64,000 nucleotides of DNA from Oscillospiraceae bacterium (GTDB taxonomy: Bacteria > Bacillota > Clostridia > Oscillospirales > Oscillospiraceae), in the NCBI GenBank assembly GCA_030625685.1, contig DAOUQJ010000004.1:7028-71027 (forward strand), in the 5' to 3' direction. Below the pieces are notes generated by a model. The model made no database searches. It was not told where the DNA came from and worked only from the letters and a program-made list of their open reading frames with translations. A program made the translations under genes and the position numbers. Within the stretch, counting starts at the first letter, position 1. Every line of letters begins with the position of its first letter. Positions 40,044 to 50,017 of the stretch are shown here, one piece after another.

Positions 40044-40521
40044 ATTCCAATCGTTGGATGATATGTGGTTCAATATCCTTCATTTTATAAAATGTAAACG
40101 TCGCCATACCAATTAACTCATCTTTGGGGTCAATCACCTCAAGCTCTAATGTGCTCACCGTTTTCCCCAATTTTTTAATTTTAGAGCGACATCTCAGCCA
40201 TTCTCCCATCGCTGGTTTCAAAAAATTCATCGTACAGTTAAGTGTCACACATAGACGCCCTGTCGATGCGATGTGATGGCCTGCTACCGTATCTGCTAAA
40301 GAAGAGATGCATCCGCCGTGAACCATGCCAAATGGATTTAACACCTTATCGGTCACGTGCAAAATGCCTTCTGCTTCTTCTTCATTTGCATGGAGCATTT
40401 CAATGTGTAGCATTTGCACAAATGGGTCTAACGTTCTTCCTCCATTTTTCATATACATCTGCAATTTTTCAATATGCGCCTCCGTGCGCGCTCTTTTATC
40501 TTCCATTTTGTCAGAAGTCAT
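40042..40521 (-). CDS. PaaI-family hotdog thioesterase
   Basis: NPFGMVHGGCISSLADTVAG motif. Confidence 0.8.
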   Translation of the reverse strand: MTSDKMEDKRARTEAHIEKLQMYMKNGGRTLDPFVQMLHIEMLHANEEEAEGILHVTDKVLNPFGMVHGGCISSLADTVAGHHIASTGRLCVTLNCTMNFLKPAMGEWLRCRSKIKKLGKTVSTLELEVIDPKDELIGMATFTFYKMKDIEPHIIQRLE

Positions 40522-40900
40522 AACACAGTTTCTCCTTATTCATTGACCAGACGCCATTTCAGAACGAATCTCAATTGTCGACTTAATCATCTGGCATATG
40601 AACAATTCATGAAACAGGCTATCTAAGTGCAAAGCAAAAAATCTATCCACAATGCTCGAACATTTTTCCCACCAAGCACATATATTTTGACAAATCAAAG
40701 CAGATTATACCACGAATTGCACATTATGACAAGTAAGTATATAGTATCAGCCTTTGCCCATCATCACTCGATTCAAATGCAGTTTTTTATGTGTTTTTTA
40801 GAAAGCATCGCACTTGACATTTTGTCATTTATTTTGTATATTATTAAGTTAATTGAATCTATATTTATTTGCCATATTTACACTGTGAAAGGAAGTTACC

Positions 40901-42391
40901 TTGTTTATGAAAAACCTTGGTTTTGACAATCAGAAATACGTAGAAATGCAATCTAAACATATCCGTGATCGCATCAATCGCTTTGGCGGAAAGCTATACT
41001 TAGAATTCGGAGGAAAGCTCTTCGATGATCACCATGCTTCCCGCATCATGCCTGGTTTTGAGCCAGACTCAAAGATTCGCATGCTCAAAGAACTGAAAAA
41101 CCAAGTAGACATTGTCATTGCCGTTTCCAGTGAAGATATCGAAAAAAATAAAGTCCGTGGTGACCTTGGCATCCCATATACTACAGACACGTTGCGTCTC
41201 ATTGATGAATTTCGCAATGAAGGCTTTCATGTTGGAAGCATCGTGCTCACAAAATATGCAGGTCAAAAAGTAGTCCAACTATTCAAACAACAACTAGAGC
41301 ATTTGGGGCTTACTGTATATCTCCACTATCCTATTGAAGGGTATCCATATGACATTCCAACCATCGTCAGCGACAATGGCTATGGAAAAAATGAATTTAT
41401 TGAATCTGATGCCCCTCTTATCGTCGTAACTGCTCCTGGCCCTGGCAGTGGCAAGATGGCCGTTTGTCTTTCTCAACTCTATCATGAACACAAAAACGGT
41501 GTGGCAGCAGGATACGCTAAATTTGAAACCTTCCCAATCTGGAATTTACCTTTGCGTCATCCTGTCAATCTTGCATATGAAGCTGCTACAGCTGATCTCA
41601 ATGATATGAACATGATTGATCCTTTCCATTTAGAAGCGTATGGAGAAACCACCGTAAACTACAACCGAGACGTCGAAATTTTCCCTGTCCTCAAAACAAT
41701 GTTTGAAGGCATTTTAGGCACTTCGCCTTATCAGTCACCCACAGACATGGGCGTTAATATGGCTGGCAATTGCATCATTGATGATGCTGTTGTGAAAAAA
41801 GCATGCTGTGTCGAAATTGTGCGTAGATATTATCAAGAATTATACCGTCATTTTCGTGGTCTATCTGATGGGCGCGAAATGTATAAAATTGAACTACTCA
41901 TGAAAGAACTCGACCTCACGCCACTCAGCCGCAACGTTGTCCCTCCTGCTTTAGCGCTCGCAGAAAAGACCTCAGCACCAGCTGCAGCCATTGAACTGCT
42001 TGATGGCACAATTTTAACTGGCAAAACTTCATCGCTTTTGGGTGCTGCTTCTGCTCTGTTACTCAATGCACTCAAGCATTTGGCGAATATTGATGATTCC
42101 ATACACCTAATTGCTCCAACGGTCATTGAGCCAGTGCAAGATCTCAAAGTAAATGTTCTAGGGAATAAAAACCCTTTGTTACATATCGATGAACTGCTCG
42201 TTGCACTTTCCATCTGTGCTGTATCTGACCCGAATGCAAAACTAGCAATGGACTATTTGCAACACTTGCGTGGCGCAGAAGTGCACTCAACAGTAATCCT
42301 ATCTCAAGCTGACCAAGATAGTTTCCGTCGTCTTGGTATTCGACTCACATGTGACCCAAAACTTGAAGCTGACAAAGTCTATCAGGCGTAA
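40901..42391 (+). CDS. DUF1846 (UPF0371) family protein
   Basis: GFDNQKYVEMQSKHIRDRI...GKLYLEFGGKLFDDHHASRIMPGF is the family N-terminus as I recall it. The start is either 40901 or 40907. Confidence 0.75.
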   Translation: MFMKNLGFDNQKYVEMQSKHIRDRINRFGGKLYLEFGGKLFDDHHASRIMPGFEPDSKIRMLKELKNQVDIVIAVSSEDIEKNKVRGDLGIPYTTDTLRLIDEFRNEGFHVGSIVLTKYAGQKVVQLFKQQLEHLGLTVYLHYPIEGYPYDIPTIVSDNGYGKNEFIESDAPLIVVTAPGPGSGKMAVCLSQLYHEHKNGVAAGYAKFETFPIWNLPLRHPVNLAYEAATADLNDMNMIDPFHLEAYGETTVNYNRDVEIFPVLKTMFEGILGTSPYQSPTDMGVNMAGNCIIDDAVVKKACCVEIVRRYYQELYRHFRGLSDGREMYKIELLMKELDLTPLSRNVVPPALALAEKTSAPAAAIELLDGTILTGKTSSLLGAASALLLNALKHLANIDDSIHLIAPTVIEPVQDLKVNVLGNKNPLLHIDELLVALSICAVSDPNAKLAMDYLQHLRGAEVHSTVILSQADQDSFRRLGIRLTCDPKLEADKVYQA

Positions 42392-42428
42392 CCTAAACCA
42401 CACTAAAATTTTGTAGAGGAGACCTCTT

Positions 42429-43442
42429 ATGCAAAAGTCAATTATACCGCAAGACTATTCATCCCTTTTATCACTATATGACACCCAAAAAGCAATTAGT
42501 CTTCTAAAAAGACTGTTTCAAGACAAACTCTGTGGAAATTTGCACTTATTCCGTGTTTCTGCCCCCTTGTTTGTGGAGGCCTCCACAGGTCTAAATGATG
42601 ATTTAAACGGCGTAGAGCGCCCTGTTTCCTTTGACGTTCCAGCAACCGGAAGAGAAGCACAAGTTGTCCACTCTTTGGCAAAATGGAAACGTCTTGCCCT
42701 ACATCGCTATCACTTTCCTGTCGGTGAGGGTCTCTTTACTGATATGAACGCCATTCGTCGTGATGAAGAACTTGACAACATCCACTCCGTCTATGTTGAC
42801 CAGTGGGATTGGGAAAAAGTCATTTCAAAAGAAGATCGCTCACTTGATTTTCTCAAACAAACTGCAAGTTTAATTATGTCTGCCATTTCTGACACACAAC
42901 AAACTTTGCGAGCAATTTATCCGCAACTAGCCTCACTTCCCACCATTGACCCAAACCTCAGTTTTGTCACCACACAAGAACTAGAAGACCTCTATCCAGA
43001 CCTCACATCGAAAGAAAGAGAACATGCTTACGTAAAAGAGCATCCATCTACCTTCATCATGCAAATCGGTGGCGCTCTCAAATCAGGCTCAGCACACGAT
43101 GGCAGAGCTCCTGACTATGACGATTGGTGTCTCAACGGTGACTTGCTCGTGTGGAACTCAATTTTAGGTGAGTCTTTAGAACTGTCTTCCATGGGAATCC
43201 GGGTTGACCCAGCTTCACTAGATGCCCAACTGCGCATTGCAGGTTGTGACAATCGCCGTGAGTTGGATTTCCATCGTCAATTGCTCGCTGACGAACTTCC
43301 ACTCACCATCGGCGGTGGCATCGGTCAATCTCGACTTTCTATGTTCATGCTTGGTAAAGCACATATTGGCGAAGTGCAAGCCTCCATTTGGGATGAAGAA
43401 ACAATACAAACCTGTGATAAAGCAGGCGTTATATTATTATAA
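42429..43442 (+). CDS. asnA: Aspartate--ammonia ligase (asparagine synthetase A)
   Basis: 337 aa with class-II-synthetase-like AsnA motifs (RVSAPLFV, DWDWE, GGGIGQSR). Confidence 0.9.
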   Translation: MQKSIIPQDYSSLLSLYDTQKAISLLKRLFQDKLCGNLHLFRVSAPLFVEASTGLNDDLNGVERPVSFDVPATGREAQVVHSLAKWKRLALHRYHFPVGEGLFTDMNAIRRDEELDNIHSVYVDQWDWEKVISKEDRSLDFLKQTASLIMSAISDTQQTLRAIYPQLASLPTIDPNLSFVTTQELEDLYPDLTSKEREHAYVKEHPSTFIMQIGGALKSGSAHDGRAPDYDDWCLNGDLLVWNSILGESLELSSMGIRVDPASLDAQLRIAGCDNRRELDFHRQLLADELPLTIGGGIGQSRLSMFMLGKAHIGEVQASIWDEETIQTCDKAGVILL

Positions 43443-43446
43443 ATCA

Positions 43447-43484
43447 AAACAAACCCGACAGAGTACTTCTGTCGGGTTTGTTTT
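43447..43484. terminator. Bidirectional terminator between asnA and dpaB
   Basis: Stem aaacccgacag/ctgtcgggttt with flanking A and T runs. Confidence 0.7.
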
Positions 43485-44070
43485 ATAAACTGGGTGCAAG
43501 CAAAATGGGCTGAAGTTGCTCACCTTCCAATGCTTTATCAATGGTTTCAGATATTTGCTCCATATCTGCCACTGTTGAGCGTGGTTTATCCATTGGATTA
43601 TCCTGCCGAAATGGCACAAAATAATAGTGTTTTCTACTGAGAAGTTCTCCAATATTTTTTGCAGCAACTCCCAACCCATCATTGGTAGAAATAGCAACTA
43701 CTACAGGTCTCTCATTTCTCAAATGAGATTTGACAGCCATTGTGACTGGAGTATCCGCAATCCCCATTGCCAATTTGGCAAGTGTGTTTCCTGTGCAAGG
43801 TGCTACAACTAGCACATCCAATAATTTCCCAGGTCCAATTGGCTCTGCCTTTACGATACTGTCTATTATCTTTTGATTCTTTGTGATATAGGATAGTTCT
43901 TTACGTAAGTTTTCTGCTGTTCCAAATCGAGTGTCTGTACTTCCTGTCTCAGAAGACAAAATTGGAATAATCGTACGATACTCCTCGGCAAGGTCTGATA
44001 GTGTTTTCATTACTTCTTCGTGTGTACAAAATGAGCCGCACATGGCTACACCGACACTGATATCTTTCAA
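43483..44070 (-). CDS. dpaB: Dipicolinate synthase subunit B (flavoprotein)
   Basis: GVAMCGSFCT...APCTGNTLAKLA flavoprotein pattern, immediately downstream of the dpaA 3' segment. Confidence 0.85.
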   Translation of the reverse strand: MKDISVGVAMCGSFCTHEEVMKTLSDLAEEYRTIIPILSSETGSTDTRFGTAENLRKELSYITKNQKIIDSIVKAEPIGPGKLLDVLVVAPCTGNTLAKLAMGIADTPVTMAVKSHLRNERPVVVAISTNDGLGVAAKNIGELLSRKHYYFVPFRQDNPMDKPRSTVADMEQISETIDKALEGEQLQPILLAPSL

Positions 44071-44076
44071 CTACAA

Positions 44077-44553
44077 TTACACCCCCAATTCGTGCAAAAT
44101 GTTATAAATGGTGTCTTTGATTGCCTTAGCCGCTGTTTTGGGCGCTGTTTTCCCCGGAAGTCCTGGCAGTCTTTGTGCATTGAGCCCCAATCGTGCGGCT
44201 GCATCCATATCAACCCCGCCTGGGTCAGATGCCAAATCAATGATAAATGCATCCATCTGCACTCGTTCGAGATGCACTTCATCAAGAATAAGCGCAGGCA
44301 CTGTATTGATGATGAGCTCATACCCACCCATCCAATACAGTAGTTGTCTACTGTCTTCCACACCATATCCATATGCTTCTGCCCATGCCCAATCTTCACA
44401 CTTTCGAGAAGCTACCGTTACTCTTGCACCTAAGTTTTGAAGACGATGCGCCGTGAGTTTCCCCACTCTACCATAGCCAATCACTAGTGCTTTAGTGCCA
44501 TGCAAGGTAGAAGGCATATTTCGCATGGCAACCTGTATAGCACCTTCTGCAGT
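44077..44553 (-). CDS. dpaA: dpaA (spoVFA) 3' segment (about 158 codons, Rossmann domain)
   Basis: The reading frame is open up to the junction: ...PT-AEGAIQVAMRNMPSTLHGTKALVIGYGRVGKLTAHRLQNLGARV. Compare B. subtilis DpaA IPTVEGTIMLAIQHTDYTIHGSQVAVLGLGRTGMTIA. There is no start codon or SD at its 5' end. Confidence 0.8.
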   Translation of the reverse strand, partial: TAEGAIQVAMRNMPSTLHGTKALVIGYGRVGKLTAHRLQNLGARVTVASRKCEDWAWAEAYGYGVEDSRQLLYWMGGYELIINTVPALILDEVHLERVQMDAFIIDLASDPGGVDMDAAARLGLNAQRLPGLPGKTAPKTAAKAIKDTIYNILHELGV

Positions 44554-44558
44554 AGGTA
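44552..44558. repeat. dpaA junction core GTAGGTA (partner GTCGGTA at 60789-60795)
   Basis: The two copies are offset by exactly 16,237 bp, and the reading frames of the two gene halves coincide at this offset. Confidence 0.65.
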
Positions 44559-44682
44559 GGGGGTTGTCAATAGTGCAATATAGGTTTGCATTTTACCTTA
44601 TATAAATCTTTAAAATATATGTTTAAAATTCAAACTGCTAATTCTCTTAAAATCTTATCCTATAAACAAAGCTTTTATAAAA

Positions 44683-44723
44683 TAACCATCCGATGAATTG
44701 AAATAAAATTCATCGGATGGTTA
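44683..44723. repeat. Perfect 17-bp inverted repeat (hairpin) about 130 bp inside the dpaB-proximal end of the element
   Basis: taaccatccgatgaatt-gaaataa-aattcatcggatggtta. A T run follows only on the minus strand. Confidence 0.6.
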
Positions 44724-44865
44724 TCATATATTATGTGCTCAGCGTATATCTAATTGATTTTTGCATTTTACAGAGTTCGAAATGATAGAGTTAATAGCTG
44801 ACAATCATTATCAAAATCAACCATATTTCTAGTAATTAACAACTTTAAACCATTATTTGGAAAGC

Positions 44866-44894
44866 TTGAAAATTCTGACGATTTATGATATATT
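44866..44894 (+). promoter_or_regulatory. Candidate sigma-A promoter of the tmk-like operon
   Basis: TTGAAA (44866-44871), a 17-nt spacer, TATATT (44889-44894). Confidence 0.4.
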
Positions 44895-44941
44895 TTAATA
44901 AATAAAGTATAAGAACCTCAAAAAAAACAGGAGGTAATAAT

Positions 44942-45919
44942 ATGTTGTCAAAACTGAAATTATTATTATTGGAAAATTCTGAATTAGATTTTGTAATGGA
45001 AAGAATAAATGAAAATGACAAGCTAAAATTATTAGCCTGGTATTCAAAAAGTATTACTCACAATAAAAATATAGATATAGTTGAAATCCTAAAAATATTT
45101 TTATGGTGCTATACAGAAGGCAGAAGAATTGAAGAAAGAGAAAATCCCGAAATGTTTGGAAGGTGTTTTGAAGAAAAATCCAATGAATTCCAACTTTCTA
45201 AAAACGATTTAGCGAATTTGTTTTTTTCCCATTATTCACTTTACAATGATGATACGAATTTTGAAATCAATAACGAGAACAATCAAAGTGAAAATGTTCG
45301 TGGCAAGTTCATTGTTTTTGAAGGATTAGACGGTTCAGGTAAAAGTACTCAAATTGCTAAATTAGTTAGTAAGCTTCGAGCTATAGGCAAACATGTTCAT
45401 GAAACAGCTGAACCCACAAACTCTGGTACTGGAGGGCTAATTAGAGATACTTTGAGTAATAATTATCAACGTGATCCATACGAATTAGCTTCACTATTTT
45501 TAGCTGATAGAATTTCACATAATGTAAATCCTATGTATGGAATTAATAAGTACTTAGATGAAGGCATAAATGTTATTTGTGATAGATACTACTATTCCTC
45601 CTTTGCATATCAAGGTATTTCTGCAGATATTGATTATGTGATGGATATAAACTTAACTTGCAAAAAAATCACTAAACCTGATTTATGTATATTCTTAGAT
45701 TTAGATGTTGACGATTGTATTGAGAGAGTACACAAAGAGCGCGAGCATTATGAAATATTTGAAACAGATGCTAAAATTATGAGTAAAATCAGAAAACAAT
45801 TTCTAGACGTCTTTAAAAAATTAAATGAAACAGAAAATATATTTATTGTTGATTCTAATAGAGCTGTTAGCTCTGTCTCTGAGGAGATTTTTTCTCAGGT
45901 ACTGAAATTATTTTACTAA
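44942..45919 (+). CDS. Thymidylate-kinase-like protein with an unrecognised ~120-aa N-terminal extension
   Basis: FIVFEGLDGSGKSTQ P-loop, TAEPTNSGTGGLIRD, LFLADRISH and CDRYYYSSFAYQG are Tmk family motifs. The strong SD is AACAGGAGG. Confidence 0.7.
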   Translation: MLSKLKLLLLENSELDFVMERINENDKLKLLAWYSKSITHNKNIDIVEILKIFLWCYTEGRRIEERENPEMFGRCFEEKSNEFQLSKNDLANLFFSHYSLYNDDTNFEINNENNQSENVRGKFIVFEGLDGSGKSTQIAKLVSKLRAIGKHVHETAEPTNSGTGGLIRDTLSNNYQRDPYELASLFLADRISHNVNPMYGINKYLDEGINVICDRYYYSSFAYQGISADIDYVMDINLTCKKITKPDLCIFLDLDVDDCIERVHKEREHYEIFETDAKIMSKIRKQFLDVFKKLNETENIFIVDSNRAVSSVSEEIFSQVLKLFY

Positions 45920-45939
45920 TTAATTAAGGAGATATAGGA

Positions 45940-46590
45940 TTGAAAAGCTCGAAAGATTTAAAAACTGTTGAGTATGTTAAATTTTTTCTCAACTCATTCT
46001 TGATGATTATTGGCTGGGTGTGTACAACATATGGTGTAATTTTGCAATATTTTGATAAATCTTATCAGGCTTTAAGCATTATTGTTATTTTTATCATAAT
46101 TAGTTCTCTTATTTATTTCCAATTTAAACATCTTAAAAATATAAATGTTAATAAATCTGAACAATTTTCACAAGAAGAAGTAAACAAATACCTTTTAGAC
46201 TGGATTTCTACTCATGAAAGAACCGTTATATTTACTAGAGATTTTAGTTGGGCAAAGTACAATTTTGAATTATTTGAATGTTTAGTAAATAAATCAAAAA
46301 GAAGAGAGTTAGTAATTTGTCTATCCCAAAAAAATGAGGCAACTAATGAATTAGAAAAATTAGGAGCCGAAGTTTTTGAACACAATATTCCAGAGTCCAA
46401 TTTAAAATCAAGATTTATAATAAATGGATATGGAACAAATTCCCCGCGGGTTAATGTTGGTTCTAAAAAAACAAATGCTCATTTTGTAAATGAAATTTAT
46501 GATGTTAATTCTTCCTCAAATGCTTGTCATTCATTTGTAGAATTATTTGAATTAGCAAAGCAAAAAAACTTAGCCATAAATAATACATAA
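45940..46590 (+). CDS. 2-TM membrane protein with an uncharacterised cytoplasmic domain
   Basis: Two hydrophobic helices (FLNSFLMIIGWVCTTYGVIL, LSIIVIFIIISSLIYF). It starts 20 nt after the tmk-like gene behind AAGGAG and ends at a strong terminator. Confidence 0.5.
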   Translation: MKSSKDLKTVEYVKFFLNSFLMIIGWVCTTYGVILQYFDKSYQALSIIVIFIIISSLIYFQFKHLKNINVNKSEQFSQEEVNKYLLDWISTHERTVIFTRDFSWAKYNFELFECLVNKSKRRELVICLSQKNEATNELEKLGAEVFEHNIPESNLKSRFIINGYGTNSPRVNVGSKKTNAHFVNEIYDVNSSSNACHSFVELFELAKQKNLAINNT

Positions 46591-46635
46591 AGAACTAGGA
46601 TGAGCTATATTTTTCAGCTCATCCTAGTTCTTTCT
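46591..46635 (+). terminator. Intrinsic terminator of the tmk-like operon
   Basis: Perfect 16-bp stem agaactaggatgagct/agctcatcctagttct. Confidence 0.7.
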
Positions 46636-46778
46636 TGATTGGTTTCCTTATATACTATTTAGGAATAATTCTAATCTACAAATTTCGTTTTGACAGAATT
46701 GCTTGACAGAACAACTGTAAATCTAGGTATATTTTTTGTTAGGCATTAAATTAATAGTAAAAGATTAATATTTTTCCA

Positions 46779-48377
46779 TCAGGAATCTTCTAAAATTTTA
46801 CTTTCTGTTATAAAAAATTTATACTCCCAATTAGCTCTACTAATACGAAAATGAATATCAAATATGTAGGGAAATGCATGAAAGTAAATTTGAACACTTC
46901 GATTAAATATAACTATTTTATCAATTATACTCTGATATAGTTGTTCGGATCTTATGCTATGATTAAAAATATTGTTAATTGTATTAAGAATATTTTCAAA
47001 CCGTTCCTTTTGCTGTTTTTGCATTGACTCTTGAATTTCTAGTTCATGAATATCTTTAAATAAAATATTTAATCTTTGATCAAGTTCTGTTTTTAAAATA
47101 TTCAATTCTTCTCTTGTTATCTTTTCATCTATCAATGCACTTATAGCATTAGATTTTTTGTTTTTTAATACATCAACTTTTCTTTTCAGTATATTAATTC
47201 TTCTATTGTAATTGATATATTTTAAACTAGTAATTTCTTTTAAGATTTCTTTTTTGGTTTCTATAGCATTATCACATAATAAATCTATTGCTTCATTTAT
47301 ACATAATATGAGTATATCTTCTCGAATCCTAGCATTATTACAACCCACAAATTCATTATTGTCGTTTAAATGCTGTTTACCATTCTTCCTTTTATTCCCG
47401 CATACCCAAGAATGATTATAACCTTCTTTGCTCTTTGTCATAGAAGAAAGAAACTTGTGTCCACATTCACCACAAAATACTTTTCCTGAACACCAATATT
47501 TATTTGAAAACTTCGATTTATCTTTTTGAGGAGTTTGTCGTGATTTAAGAATAACTTGAGCCTTATTCCAACGTTCTCTATCAATAATCGCTTCGTGATT
47601 ATTCTCTATGTAAATCTTATCATCTTTATCTTTATTTAATTCTTTGATATGCGATAAAAAGTCCTTTGTAATATACTTTTTATGTAGAATATCTCCTACA
47701 TATTTTTCGTTTTTTAGTATCTTTAAAACACTTTCTTCAGACCACAAATCAGCATATACTGGTTTAATCCCTTTATTATTTAATTCTTTCGCTATTACAC
47801 TTGAACCTTTTTGTTCCTCTACATATTTATAATAAATTTGTTTTACAATTTCAGCTTGGCTTTCATTAATTGATAGTTTTCCGTCTACTAAATTATATCC
47901 TAAAATTGAGTTGTTTCCAAATACAACCCCCTGTTCCATCCGTCTCTTTTGACCCCATTTGACACGTTCAGAAGTTTTTCTGGATTCTTCCTGAGCAACA
48001 GAAGCCATAATAGTGAGTCGAAACTCGCCTTCGTTATCAAGAGTATTGATGTTATCATTGATAAAAAAAACGCCAACTCCAATTTCTTTCAATTTTCTCG
48101 TTTGAGTCAAAGTATCCACCGTATTTCTTGAAAAACGTGATACTTCTTTTGTGATAATTAAATCAATCTCTCTATGATTTGCTAAAAATATCATTTTATT
48201 AAATTGCACTCGATTCTTAATAGATGTGCCTGAAATTCCTTCATCAGCAAAGATTGCAACTAACTCCCAGTCATCGTGTTCTTCTATATATGACTTAAAA
48301 TACTTTTGTTGGTTTTCTAAACTGTTGACTTGGTCTTCTTTGTCAGTAGATACTCTACAATAAACTGCTACCTTCAT
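46779..48377 (-). CDS. Large serine recombinase (paralog A)
   Basis: MKVAVYCRVSTDKEDQ, EVSRFSRNT, AQEESRKTSERVKWG, and zinc ribbon CSGKVFCGECGHKF...WVCGN. About two-thirds identical by eye to 50705-52333. Confidence 0.9.
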   Translation of the reverse strand: MKVAVYCRVSTDKEDQVNSLENQQKYFKSYIEEHDDWELVAIFADEGISGTSIKNRVQFNKMIFLANHREIDLIITKEVSRFSRNTVDTLTQTRKLKEIGVGVFFINDNINTLDNEGEFRLTIMASVAQEESRKTSERVKWGQKRRMEQGVVFGNNSILGYNLVDGKLSINESQAEIVKQIYYKYVEEQKGSSVIAKELNNKGIKPVYADLWSEESVLKILKNEKYVGDILHKKYITKDFLSHIKELNKDKDDKIYIENNHEAIIDRERWNKAQVILKSRQTPQKDKSKFSNKYWCSGKVFCGECGHKFLSSMTKSKEGYNHSWVCGNKRKNGKQHLNDNNEFVGCNNARIREDILILCINEAIDLLCDNAIETKKEILKEITSLKYINYNRRINILKRKVDVLKNKKSNAISALIDEKITREELNILKTELDQRLNILFKDIHELEIQESMQKQQKERFENILNTINNIFNHSIRSEQLYQSIIDKIVIFNRSVQIYFHAFPYIFDIHFRISRANWEYKFFITESKILEDS

Positions 48378-48418
48378 TTAGCTTATCATCCTTTTTGTAT
48401 TACTTCATAATAATATTA

Positions 48419-48565
48419 TTACTCATTAAGTTCTACTAACTTTTTTAATTCCTCATTTGTTATTAGCTTTTTTTCATACAATGTGTAGTATATACCAACT
48501 TTAAGACGTTTCTTAGTAGCTGAATAATTTTGAAGATTATATTTGGAGCAATCATTTAACAACAT
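48419..48565 (-). CDS. Conserved 48-aa ORF upstream of recombinase A
   Basis: Below the ORF-track cutoff. MLLNDCSKYNLQNYSATKKRLKVGIYYTLYEKKLITNEELKKLVELNE, with SD GAGGTG. Ungapped, 23 of 48 residues are identical to the ORF at 50531-50680. Confidence 0.55.
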   Translation of the reverse strand: MLLNDCSKYNLQNYSATKKRLKVGIYYTLYEKKLITNEELKKLVELNE

Positions 48566-49029
48566 TATATAACACCTCAGCACTCTTTGCACTTTAAATA
48601 ATATGGCTATTTCTTATACTCATAAATAACTATATGGAATAGCTTATTTAACTGTTCATATTTATAAAACTTACTATTAATATAATTGATTAACTGTATG
48701 TTCAACGAAACTCTGATATTACAGTGACGCACATTAAGTATTTTGTGAAGTACAAAACGCTCCGCTCAATGTTGAAAAAAATCACTAGAAGGATTATGCC
48801 TTTTGTTGTTGTCGTATTTAAACATGCGTTTTTTATTCTTCGAGCACAGATTAAACTTGTTCCTTTACAAAGACTGCAATTTTTTTAAGATGTCCTTTTT
48901 ATTATCAATGATTAAATTTTTACTCTAGCAAGTCATCTAAATTTACTATTATTAATTAAAAAAGCATCAGCCGTTAATGGTTGATGCTCTCATACAATAA
49001 ATGTAAAGAAATGAATATGAAATTCGGCT

Positions 49030-49150
49030 AAAAATGCTGATGTAGATTTCCATTGGTTAGATGATAAGGGAATATGGAACAACAGCAACAGCGATCCTGC
49101 CGAGTTGTATAACAGTGCTGGGGAATTAATCGATAGATTAGAGGATTAAG
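49030..49150 (+). pseudogene. Startless C-terminal gene remnant (about 40 codons)
   Basis: The frame reads NSAKNADVDFHWLDDKGIWNNSNSDPAELYNSAGELIDRLED*. It is preceded by in-frame stops and has no ATG. A strong terminator follows at 49181-49225. Confidence 0.35.
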
Positions 49151-49180
49151 AACAACTAACCTCTAAAATTTAATTTTAAT

Positions 49181-49225
49181 AAAAAACCGTTCATTCTTAT
49201 TTTAGTAAGAATGAACGGTTTTTTG
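49181..49225 (+). terminator. Intrinsic terminator
   Basis: Perfect 15-bp stem aaccgttcattctta/taagaatgaacggtt followed by TTTTT. Confidence 0.7.
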
Positions 49226-49333
49226 CTGTTGTTGAAAATCAATAAGACAGCAAGTTATTTAGAAAAAATGGGGGTTGACCAAAATTCTATGGTATTGCAA
49301 TCTATTTTTTGTAGTCTTACACATTTAAATTTC

Positions 49334-50017
49334 TTAATCATACGTATTTGGGGAGTAATTTAACTCATTGAGAACATCTAACATATATTTATCTTTAAAG
49401 TATCCATCTGTATAGAAACATACAAATTGAATAACTTTAATTAAGTAAGCAGTAATAATTCCAACAAAGATTATTGAAAAGACTGATTTTGAAACTATGT
49501 TATTCCCTGCGTAAATCACACTGGCTATGAGCGCACCAAGAGGTACACCAATAAGTATATCATAGATTTTATTCCCGATTTTTTCATATTTATCTTTATG
49601 CAAATTTAAAGCAGTTTCACATTCTTTTTTTAATTGAAATATCATTTGTTCCCCCATAATTCCATGTTTTTCAAGAATACTTTCTATATCAGAAACATAT
49701 TTCTGATAATTCGCATTTTGTTTTTCAAGTTCTTCTTTTCGGGCAGATTCGCAATATAAATTCTTTTCCCTTTGAATCTCACCAAAAATTGCAGCAACAA
49801 TCATTGAAGTTATTGGAAGTAAAATCCATATATTTGTTAAATGTTTAATTATTAGTATAATCATTGTAATAATAGAAATTAGTATTGTTGCTATGATAAC
49901 CCAAAGTGAACGTTTAAAAAGACGTACCATATCTGGGAAACTTCGATTGAAATTTAACTTACTCATCGGGTTCTGCTCGTAGATTTCTCGTCGAACATAA
50001 TAATATTTTTTTGTCAT
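49334..50017 (-). CDS. 4-TM membrane protein with a central coiled-coil-like segment, hypothetical
   Basis: 227 aa. It has two N-terminal and two C-terminal hydrophobic helices flanking a charged EELEKQNANYQKY... segment. I recognise no family. Confidence 0.5.
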   Translation of the reverse strand: MTKKYYYVRREIYEQNPMSKLNFNRSFPDMVRLFKRSLWVIIATILISIITMIILIIKHLTNIWILLPITSMIVAAIFGEIQREKNLYCESARKEELEKQNANYQKYVSDIESILEKHGIMGEQMIFQLKKECETALNLHKDKYEKIGNKIYDILIGVPLGALIASVIYAGNNIVSKSVFSIIFVGIITAYLIKVIQFVCFYTDGYFKDKYMLDVLNELNYSPNTYD

